A stretch of DNA of 63,668 bases, filler included, from Octopus bimaculoides (Eukaryota): NCBI RefSeq assembly GCF_001194135.2. It is 4 parts of 4 records of this genome, joined end to end, with 100 filler letters (N's around TTAATTAATTAA, not from the genome) between each part and the next. Parts side by side here need not be neighbours in the genome. Positions count along the whole stretch, not along the records: positions 1 to 21,771 come from NC_068997.1; positions 21,872 to 44,142 come from NC_068999.1; 2 more parts are not named here. The stretch is one strand, 5' to 3'. Shown here piece after piece: positions 18,854 through 29,845 of the stretch. Under the pieces are notes generated by a model. That model did not search any database and was not told where the DNA came from. It saw only the letters and a program-made list of their open reading frames with translations. The translations under genes and the position numbers were made by a program. Each line of letters starts with the position of its first letter. Within the stretch, counting starts at the first letter, position 1.

Positions 18854-18886
18854 TGGTGACCCCCGACGTGATTCGAACACGCAGCC
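18854..18886 (-). pseudogene. Reverse-transcribed 3' fragment of tRNA-Trp including the CCA end
   Basis: Minus strand GGCTGCGTGTTCGAATCACGTCGGGGGTCACCA = metazoan tRNA-Trp(CCA) variable loop, T-arm, acceptor strand and CCA (one extra G); no 5' half. Confidence 0.85.
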
Positions 18887-19235
18887 CGCTGAGCTGCTAT
18901 AACCCACTTTCCTATACATCTGTCTTTATGTTCTGAGTTCAAGATTTCACTAAAGTCCACTTTGCCTTTCATCCTCCTGAGGGGTCAATGAAATAAATAC
19001 CACTTGAGGACTGATGTTGATGTAATTGACTTATCCACTGAACTCCACTCCACCCCAAGTTTACTGGCCTTGTGCTAAAATTTAAAACCAATTTATAAAG
19101 TTAAAAAAGGTAAATAAATATTAGTTATTTACAAAAACCACTACCAAGACAGTTGATGCAACCTTTGTCAGTGATACGCTCCAGTTTTAAAACTGGGGTT
19201 GGTCAGGTTTTAAAATATGTCTAAAAGAAAATCAG

Positions 19236-19331
19236 ACTGTTACTCAGAGTTTCACGTTCCTGTTAGTCGGATAGTTTTGGTTTAAATCAAAACTGTCTGA
19301 TGAATGGGAACGTGAAACTTTGAGTAACAGT
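19236..19331. repeat. 96-bp loopless palindrome (MITE-like)
   Basis: 48-nt arms centred on TTT|AAA (19283/19284), 40/48 matching. Confidence 0.9.
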
Positions 19332-19774
19332 TTTTGTGATGTCTTTGCAGCTTTATTAGTAAAGTATATATATGTAGAGACCTCACTTGGCCCTACCGGA
19401 GTTTTGAAACTGAATCGGTACATTTCCCCCTAGATATACAGCCTTATTGTTCTGTTGAACAACATCATTTCATACAACCCATGGCCCTGCCACCATTTGA
19501 TTGATATGTTTTCCTCTTGACCCATAACATTTCTAGGCTACAAAGAACTTAAATAAATAAAATAAATCACCCCACAAGTGACTAGTCACTAAGCAAATCT
19601 GACAGAGGCGGACAGAGGGAGAGAGAAAGCAATCTTGCATGGCAACCGGCAGATGTCTAGTCTACCAACAGCTCTGGCTTGCTCTACGCGACGCTTCTAT
19701 CACTAGCTATCACGTCCATTATTTATACATATTGGACTAGCCTACTTATCATCTGGGGGCGTCCACACAACCTC

Positions 19775-20020
19775 ATCATCATCATCATCGTCGTTTAACG
19801 TCTGCTTTCCATGCTAGCATGGGTTGGACGATTTGACTGAGGACTGGTGAAACCAGATGGCTACACCAAGCTCCAATCTGATTTGGCAGAGTTTCTACAG
19901 CTGGATGCCCTTCCTAACGCCAACCACTCTGAGAGTGTAATGGGTGCTTTTACGTGCCACAGGCACGAAGGCCAGTCAGGCGGTACTGGCAACGGCCATG
20001 CTCAAAATGGTGTATTTTAC
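19775..20020 (-). mobile_element. RTE-domain SINE copy
   Basis: Same family as 1-210; (ATC)n on the plus strand at its tail. Confidence 0.75.
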
Positions 20021-20768
20021 AACCACATGGTTTCAAGTTCAGAGAAAGAGAGAGAGAGGTAGATAGATAAGAAGAAAAAATGTGAAAGTAGGAAGCATTA
20101 TGCTTATTAAAAATTACGATGTAACACGTCTAGGAGGATATATTTACTCAATTTTCATCTTGGAATTTTGGTAGATTTTTACTATTCTATTCATCCCTGA
20201 TTAACAGACTTTTGGAATAGGTATCACTGCATCATGGAGAAGCAAAAGGGCAATGTATTAGTTGAAAAAATATTTTTGTCTGAATAATTCAATTATTTAC
20301 ATTTTTACCACTCAATTTTGAGTCCTTTTCCACTAAATTTTCACCATTAATCTTTGGAAAAGTTAATGATAAACATGATGAGGAATTTCACTGGGAAATG
20401 CTACCAGGGAAAAAAGTGTGATTATGGCAAACAATTCTTTCTATGTTGGACAGAACATAGATGTCACCAACATTATTTATCACAGACAAGCAAAACAAGA
20501 TCTTAGAAAGTGTAGAGAAGGTCTTGAATAAAATCTGAAGTAAAAATAATGAAACTAATTTGGTCTCCGTGCATGTCGTTTGTTCTAATTAATGTATTTT
20601 ATTTTACTGTGTTATAGTATTGGACCCTAGCTGACAGTACCCCTGCAGTAGGACTGAACTCAATACCATGTTGTTCCAAAGCAAACTTCTTAACCACATG
20701 GCTATCTAAATGGAATATAATGTTGTATCTTTAAAACTTTGGATAATATTGAAAAATTATTCTCATCA

Positions 20769-20870
20769 ATTGGGTTGGTGCATAATTATTGCGGCTTTTT
20801 TTCAACAAATTTTATTCAACAAAAACAATAACATGTAAGAAAAACATCTTTAAATGATTATTCCGGAGTA
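20769..20870. mobile_element. mariner terminal fragment (single TIR)
   Basis: ttgggttggtgcataattattgcggctttt resembles mariner/MADE-type TIRs; truncated by a SINE tail at 20871. Confidence 0.6.
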
Positions 20871-21500
20871 TATGGTTCTGGGTTTGGCAAAGAGGCAGAT
20901 AGAATAAGTCCTGGGGTCGATTTGCTCGACTAAAGGCAGTGCTCCAGCATGGCCACAGTCAAATGACTGAAACAAGTAAAAGAGTAAAGAGTATAGACTA
21001 ACTGTTTAAACACTGCCAAACTGTTATGAACAAATAAAAGTTTTTATGTGAATGGTATATGCCAGGAGAAAAATTAGTGTGGAGGTACATGCATGGTCAT
21101 ATGGTTAAGAAGTCTGCTTTGGAACCACATGGTTTTAAGTTCAGTCCCACTGCATGGACACTATCAGCAAGGGTTATGTATTATAACTGCAGGATGATAA
21201 ATGTACTGTGCGTGGAACTGATAGACCGAAAGAAGATCTATCATGTGTGTGTGTATTGTTTATATACAAAATATAGTGCTGAGCTACTCATAGTTTCATA
21301 CATTGGAGATGTTTTCTCTGGCAGGTTTAATAACACACCTAGTGTCTCCAAGCAATTTTCAAGTTCTAAGCCCTTAAACAATATTTATTTTTCACCAAAT
21401 GGAGTACTTTTTTTGTTGATCTTACATTAACTGAAAAGTAGACCATATGTATAAATATACATATATACACATACACACACACACACATATATATATAGGA

Positions 21501-21591
21501 CTAGCAGAAATACCCGGCGTTGCCCGGGTTAAAGAGAATAATGAAATCTAAAAACGCCGTCTAGACTACGCATCATCTTTATATATAGAGA
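21501..21591 (-). mobile_element. Complete 91-bp non-autonomous Helitron
   Basis: Minus strand A|TCTCTATATATAAAG ... ACCCGGGCAACGCCGGGT atttctg CTAG|T: 5' TC, subterminal GC hairpin, 3' CTAG, inserted between A and T, no TSD. Confidence 0.85.
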
Positions 21592-21771
21592 TGTATATAC
21601 ACACACGCACCCAAACACACGTATATATATGTATATCAATATAAATATATGAAAGTCAATGAAGTTTCGTAAAAGAAGGTGATCATGTACATACTTTCTT
21701 GCTGTTGTGATTATAACACCTCATTGTAAACTATGTTCCTTGTTTTCCCTTGTGGAGCATATACAAATAGG

Positions 21772-21871
21772 NNNNNNNNNNNNNNNNNNNNNNNNNNNNN
21801 NNNNNNNNNNNNNNNTTAATTAATTAANNNNNNNNNNNNNNNNNNNNNNNNNNNNNNNNNNNNNNNNNNNN
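21772..21871. other. Artificial assembly linker (44N-TTAATTAATTAA-44N)
   Basis: Six-frame stop linker, exactly 100 nt, repeated three times in the window. Confidence 0.97.
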
Positions 21872-21954
<83 letters not shown>

Positions 21955-22570
21955 GTACTCTCTCTATTTTAATTATCTACCTCTCTACATAATATCTACT
22001 AATCAGTCTCTATATCTCTCTACGTTCGTATTTGTATCTGTCGATTTATTTTTTATTTCCTCAACTTGAATATCGTATTTATTAGAGATTAATTGCTCGT
22101 AATTTTCGTTTCATCAAGCATAGCTTCTAAGACAATGTAATCACTGGCTTTCCTCCATATAGAGCCATTAGCTTATTTGTTAGGTGGAGTATACAGAGGA
22201 CACTCCCATCCTCACCCTATTCCTCTGCACTACTGTTTAGTAATCAGAAATGTTATCTGAACTACATGCCATTGTCACTTAGTTGAAAAACTGCGCATCG
22301 GTTTGAGCTAATAAAATTTGTTCAAAGTGCTTTGGTTTTATTGTTACTGTTAGTAATTGCAAATACTTTAAAACTACTCTACGGAAAAGAGTATCTATAA
22401 AATCACTTAGTTCTCGGCATAAAACGAAGATTTATTCAAATCTCAGAAAGGCAATTATCATTTATTTCGTTTTTGTTGTTTATCAAAGGAATATCAATAC
22501 AGCTCGCCCATCACTTCCGGTTTTGTGAGCGCGCGCGAGTGTGGATACATATAAATACATGAATGCACAC

Positions 22571-22614
<44 letters not shown>

Positions 22615-22833
22615 NNNNNNNNNNNNNNNNNNNNNNNNNNNNNNNNNNNNNNNNNNNNNNNNNNNNNNNNNNNNNNNNNNNNNNNNNNNNNNNNNNNNNN
22701 NNNNNNNNNNNNNNNNNNNNNNNNNNNNNNNNNNNNNNNNNNNNNNNNNNNNNNNNNNNNNNNNNNNNNNNNNNNNNNNNNNNNNNNNNNNNNNNNNNNN
22801 NNNNNNNNNNNNNNNNNNNNNNNNNNNNNNNNN

Positions 22834-22921
<88 letters not shown>

Positions 22922-25900
22922 AAGATAGAAAGAAAGACAGAAAGAGACGAAGAGTTGTAATAAGTAAGACGGACATATCCACAAATACATGGAGTCATAC
23001 ACGTAGGAGTAAATGGTGAGTAACATGGAGTGGGTTTCGCGAGAGAAGAGAAAGATAGAAATACACAGAAAGAATGTAGTGTAATGAGGAAGGGAGAGAG
23101 GAAGAGGAGTTTATACTAATTAAGGATATGGTAGTGTCCCACATAAGTCAATATATTGAGTTGGATGACTTAAACCAGCAATCAACTAAGATTAACCACA
23201 CAGTTTATTGAAACAAAGAGGGGAAAATAGTTTCAAATCATCTGAAAAGAATAACTCAGAAAGATAAAACTGCAATAACGTTCAAATTTATTTAGCAATG
23301 CTTATTTGATTGGATTGGGGCTGGTTTTTAAAAACTCCTATCGAAGGACAAGTTTTGACCTTATTAGACCTCATCAGCAAAGCGTTTTGAACGGATTGAA
23401 AAACAGGATTAAATTTATGAATACATATACACACTCAGGTCTATATATTTACATACGTATATACATGTGTTTGTGTGTATGTGTGTGTATGTGTGTGTGT
23501 GTGTGTGTGCGCGTGCGTGTGTGTGTTTGTGTGTGTGTGTGTGTGTGTTTGTGTGTGTATTTATGTGTGTCTAGGCGGGATATTGCATTGCTGATTATGA
23601 ACATCAACAACATGGCTGAGAGACGTTAAGAAAGACGTCTGTATGCAACAAACACTGCAGTCTGTCACATATTTAATACAGTAATTTGAAAATCTATCGG
23701 AGGTATTTCATGTGTGTATAATTATGTATCTTATATTAGTTTACATTACCTTGGTCCACCGTATCATTATACTAAAGACTGTTTTATCTCATTATTTCAC
23801 ATGTCACTCTACTTTTATGTTTCGACAGTATCAACCAATGTCGAACCAATTTTGCGTGCTTCCAGAAGGCTTGACACACTGCTGGAAATACTAGCCTGTT
23901 ATTTACACAACACACTTCATATGATCATCCACAATTTTGCCCAAATTATCCCACGCTCATACTTTCTGGCTTCAGTTCTCTGCAGTTGACAAGTTTTCTT
24001 CTGTTACTCGGATCCGATAAAATGAATACCATTCAAGTGAATAATCAGACATTCGTCGTTTCCTTCAAATGTGTCACTTTGTTGTCTTTATAAGAAAACA
24101 TTGACTGTTACGAAAACAGCGGACGAGAAAGAACTTGCAGCCTCTTAGACTACAGCATTTAGGGTATTTAGTTACATGATATCAGAAGCTGAGTTCAAAT
24201 CCCGGTAAATCTATATTAATTTCCTCTCATTCGATATAGAAACCATAATACAACAGACAAGAATATCACTTTGTTAGAAGCATTTCTACGCTTGTCAATA
24301 TAAGTATTTTTTGTTATCAAACAATAAATACATTTCTGATGAAAACACTGGGATGAAAACTCTGTAAATTTCCGACGAAAGCGCGTGACAGGAAGTAAAT
24401 TTATGATATAAGTATGTTCTCCTAAATACAAGTTTGAATTACTTTTAGAAATACATACGCACGCCTACGCATAAGTAATTATACCCATATTTATACACAT
24501 ACACACAAATATACGGACACACCAATCATATATATGTGTGTGCACGCATGTGTGTTTATCTTTGTGTTTGTATTGCTTCGATAGGTACATAGACACGAAT
24601 CTATGGATATATCCTATACATAAACTATACAAACATGGAAATGTTTTGCGTCTTACGAATGTGAAATGCTTAAAAGTATACGTAGATACCTACCTAAACA
24701 CACACACACAAACACACACACAGACACGTAAATATATGTAGCAATTCTCAAGATGAACATTAAGATACATCTCAATGCATGTATTAGTTTACATAAGATA
24801 TAAAATCCACAATAATATAAATGGCGGTCTTTCAAACGCATCAAATTCCCAATCCATGGAACCGGACACATCTATGCATGTAATTCATTGGAAAGCGAAT
24901 GTAGACGCCATTTGCAGTTTATGTCATACTTGAGACACACTGCTTCATATTTCAGGACTTTGTATTAAACGAACAAATATTACATCCTATGCAAATCCAA
25001 TCAAACGATCGGCGTAGAAATGGCTCAAGTAGAAAGGATGCAAATCTATATTTGCGTAAAGATTTCGTGTAAAAATTTAGCGAGTAGAGTCATGGCTATA
25101 TTCATGAAGAAATACGATTCTGCACAAAGCAGTACACTGCTATCCATTGTATTCTTTTATCGACAGCAAACCACAACATCCATTGTGTAGCATTGTGACC
25201 CTAGACCCCTTGGTCCATGGCAGCTGATCAGTGGTCAGTGCATGGTATAGCCTTGAATTCTAGACACTACATTAAGTAGACACGGGGTCACTTCTTTTCA
25301 TATTCCAAATTTATGTCACATCGTAAAAGAATGCAACACGTGGAATTCGAACTCAGAAATTGTAGACACGTAAACAAATACGGGAAAAGGATTTTGAATT
25401 ATGCATCATCTACCCCTACCATCTAAAATTTCTCTAAAACCAGCAATTTTAATTAACAAAACGTACTAAGCTTAAAATATACTGTAAATTAGATATAAAA
25501 TTGTATCTATCTACATTTTGGAAAATTCCAACGCTGTTGCTTGTTGCCAGCGGAGAACGCCTCCTCCCTTTAGATGATAGGTGTTCATAACGTACATGAT
25601 ACCTCACTTCTCTGATGATAGTGGACTTCGAGATGCCAAACTGTTTTTATCTCATTGTGTATCCCCTTAGTCGAAACTACTCCACAGCCGAGTACGAACT
25701 GTTGTTTATAGGAATCAGATGTCTTGGAGAATACTGAAAATGCAAACGACAAACTATCTCTTCACTCCTCATCTGTTCTGGTTGATTTGACCGTGATTGG
25801 TGAAATAAATGTTTTAGGTTTTCCTTTCAGTGAGGACCAATAAAATCGGTACCAGTAATACACAATGATCATATTCACTGATTATAACTTTTCAAAATGA

Positions 25901-26814
25901 CTACAATAAAATAAAGTGAAAACAAAACTGTTCCTTTTATTTCCATTTATAAATCTGTGTCCAGTTACATCTCAGCAAGTTTTGCCCTGAAAGTCAGTCA
26001 AAGTGACCCATAACAATAATTGATCGGAAGCGTTTGTCGACGGTCCTACTGTGATTTCCTTTGCTACGGTGCACATTTATTTTACTTCACTTCCGAAATT
26101 TGTTCTTGTATCTTTACGATTGCACTCAAGACAACGAAAGACAACGCATCCCATTTTCTCTTGAAAATAAACGAATCTTTGCCAATTCATGATTACTCTT
26201 ACATATATTAAAAGTAACAAAAAGCTATGCCTTCCCATTCATTTCATTAACACTCGGATTTCATTGTTGCAAACCGTCACTATTTATAAATTTTATACAA
26301 CGTGTGTGGATACATACATACACACATACATACATATATACATACATACATACATGCATACATACATACATACATACATACATACACAGAGATTCATGTA
26401 TCATGTTAGTGACTTCCATAGTCTCTTCTCGGATGACTTTACCGCCTCCCATCTTTGTAATCCCACCAAAAGGTTTTCAGCAACTGGCAGAAATCCAATC
26501 TATTACCAGGTTATGGAAGCCATCCAGGCTGAATCCTTTATAACAGAACATTTACTTTCAATCTCTCCATTAATCTTTCCATATACCCGCTTATTTGTCG
26601 ACGATTCTCCCTATCTTTTGATATGTGTATGTGGCCGTATGCATATATAACACACACACACACACACACACTTATACGTACATGAGTGTGCATATGCATA
26701 TATTCATTCAGAATAGTTTGCAAGATTTTGCACAACTCATATTGTTCATATGTTTTAGCTTACAATATGAGAGCGAAATGCAGTCCTCCTCCTCCTCCTC
26801 CTCCCCTCCTCCTC

Positions 26815-26875
<61 letters not shown>

Positions 26876-27133
26876 CCATCAGTAAGTAAATATCCAATAT
26901 GCACTAATTATATCAAGCTTCGAATAGCTTGAAATAAGGATTTTTCTACGTCATAATACACCACGCTTTACACAAACGCACGGGTCTGAAACCACACTGT
27001 TCTTCAGGAATCACATATGGACACACGTTCTCAATGAGACGATCTGACATGATCCTCCGAAGTATTTACCCGTAATGTGAAAGGAGAGTTTTCCCTCTAG
27101 AATTACCACACACTGAATTATATGTATATATAT

Positions 27134-27238
<105 letters not shown>

Positions 27239-29179
27239 ATGGGGTAGATGAGGCTCGTTATTCGTGGTGCTGCTGTTTTTGTTATGTACGTGTACACATC
27301 TGTTATAAATAGGGATGTTTGCATTTATATATATACATTATATGAACGTGTGTATGTGGATATACATATATACATATATACATATGTGTGTGTGTGTGTG
27401 TCTGTGTGTAACATTTGATAGAGGAAATAATTAATCATATGGTATCACGCATGCCAAATTATGATTCTCTCTACAATATAATTAGGTGTTAGTTAATGTC
27501 TGTGTTTTTTCTTATACCACGGAGCTCGACACAAAGATAAGAAAGTAGAAAAAGTTCTTGATTAATTAATATTTCAATATATTAATTTTACAAAAGTAAT
27601 ATACGTACGTGTATGTGTTTGGAGGCGTGAATGTATATATTCAGGTCCACACACACACACACATATTTTGCACATACACTCATAGATAGAGACTGACATA
27701 AACACAACCAAAACACACATATATGAACATACAGACTCATGTGTATAGGTCTACGTATGAAGGTATGTATGCATGTATGTATGTATGCATGCATATATAA
27801 ATGTATTACATGAGCAAAATTCGATACAAAGCTTTTCATTACATATCACATATCAGAATTATATGTTGACATTTTTGGTCTCGGCGAATGAGAAATGTTT
27901 ACTAATAGTAACGTAAGATTATTACTCTGTGTGTGTGTGTGTGTTTACACATACACATATGTATATAGCTATATGTGTGTGTGTGTGTATGCATCGCATA
28001 TGTTATATTTTAAAAATAATCTTACTACTAATTAATTGACATCATAATTAAAAGTATAACACTAATGAAAATATTTAAATAAATATATACCTGAAAATAA
28101 TAGATTAGAAAAAATATTTACGCATCAAAATCACGAATATCAAAAATGTGTGACTACATTCCCAGCGAAGTTGCGGTCGGTGGAGTAAGATACATCATCA
28201 GGTACTTTCCATCTATGGCTCTCACATCTTTTTCTAGAAGACATTTCTAAAATATTGCAATCTAAACGAAAAACGAAGAAAATTTGTCTTCCATGTTTTT
28301 CGTGATCGGAGAATAAGATTTGAGTGTGTTTTAGGATTAGGTCTAACGTATAGTTTATTTCTTATTTGGTTCCAAGCCACCGGCACTAATCTACCTCTCT
28401 TCTGCTCTCCGAATGTGTGATGTGAACGTGTTTAAAATAATCATCATCATCACTTTATTCGTACTCGGAGTTCGTGCAGAGCTACTTGTTGGGTTTGAGT
28501 TGAACAACTGTTATTACACGTGAAATCTATCCAGCTATGAGGCGAGTCAACCATACAAATCAAATACCATAGCCTTACTACAGTAGAAAAGAGTGGTTAG
28601 TCTTCCTCTTTTTTTTTCTTTGGCGAAGAAAGTTGTGTTAAATATGGGTTTGTAAGGTTTAAAGACCTAACTACATCCCCACCTATCCTGGACAAGCCCT
28701 CAACAAATTATTCAATGTTCGCTTGAAAAGATAGAAGATGTAATGACAGAGCCGTTGTACTTCAATAAATTCTTTGAAAAGTTTAAGTTGAAAAATTTGT
28801 ATAGAAAATGGGCCAAGATTATATAATTGGTCGTAGGTTCGCCGCAAGAGAAGGGTGGAGCGCTTGCGTTCATTGTTTATTAGAATAATGTAGAGCTACC
28901 TATGAGGGAACTTGAATAATTTTATAGGGTTGCCTATAAAACGCGTGTTGTGTAGTGGTTACTGTACACGATTCATCATTATAATATTATATGTTCAATT
29001 CCTGGTCTGTGCTGTGCGTTTTGTCTTTCAGAAGGACAACTTATTTCACATTGTGGAATAAGGTTTACACATCTTCAGATGGACTACCAACCATGTACTG
29101 CTGCAGTCGTTTATTATTCTTTATCTCTGATATTTCATATCTGTAGTGTCTTTAAAGCCCTGCTTCACAGCTGCGAATA

Positions 29180-29638
29180 ATAGATATTATGGAAGAGGAG
29201 GAGCAAACACAAGATAGAAAATAGGAAACCAGACATAGTGTTAATTGAGAAAGAAAGCAAACTATGCAGGATCAAAGATATAGCATGTCCAGCTGACAAC
29301 AAGGTATGCGATAAGGAAGAAAGAAAAGTTGATAGATATGACAGGTTAGCTTGGGAAGTTAAACAGTTGTGGTCGATGAAAAAAGTGGTAGTAGTACCAA
29401 TAATTGTCGTAGCCCTGGGAACAGTGAGTAAAAATCTTGAGAAATACACGGAATAAATAGGGGTTGCTATAAGGGTGGAGCACTCGCAGAAAGCAGCACT
29501 ACTTGGAACCGCTCGAATACTCCGGAAGGTGCTCGAAAGATAAGGGGTAATACCTTCGTTCACTGGTAGTGAACAGCTACTACCGTAAGATATCTCCAGC
29601 ATTAGAAGCTGTGAAAAGACAATAAAATAATAATAATT
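29180..29638 (+). mobile_element. 5'-truncated RLE (R4/Dong-like) non-LTR retrotransposon 3' end
   Basis: HKIENRKPDIVLIEKESKLCRIKDIACP...KVDRYDRLAWEVKQLW...VPIIVVALGTV...QKAALLGTARILRKVLE; short 3'UTR ending aataaaataataataat. Confidence 0.9.
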
Positions 29639-29639
29639 T

Positions 29640-29845
29640 TGGCTTCAAGTTTTAGTACAAGTCTAGAGGAGAGTTTAAGTCGATTATATCAATACCAGTT
29701 CTCAACTGGTACTTTTTTTATCGACCTCGAAATGATGAAATCTTAAGTCGACCTCGACAGAATTTGAACTCAGAACGTGAAAACGGACGAAATACCGTTT
29801 GGTATTTTGCCCTGCGTGTCCACGATTCTGTAAGCTCGTCGCCTT
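29640..29845 (-). mobile_element. Family A SINE, tail abutting the RLE 3' end
   Basis: Head aaggcgacgagcttacagaatcg at 29845; B-box-like gagttcaaattc. Confidence 0.75.

Noticed and set aside
18854-18886. Functional tRNA-Trp gene
   Set aside because: Only the 3' 33 nt are present, with genomically encoded CCA; there is no D-arm or anticodon arm.
18834-18917. Repeat-spacer-repeat resembling a minimal CRISPR
   Set aside because: Only two repeats, eukaryotic context, no cas genes; the spacer is a tRNA fragment and better explained by retroposition.
28690-28815. Peptide ending FFEKFKLKNLYRKWAKII*, like an L1/Tx1 ORF2 C-terminus
   Set aside because: Too short, with no upstream conserved motif or tail.
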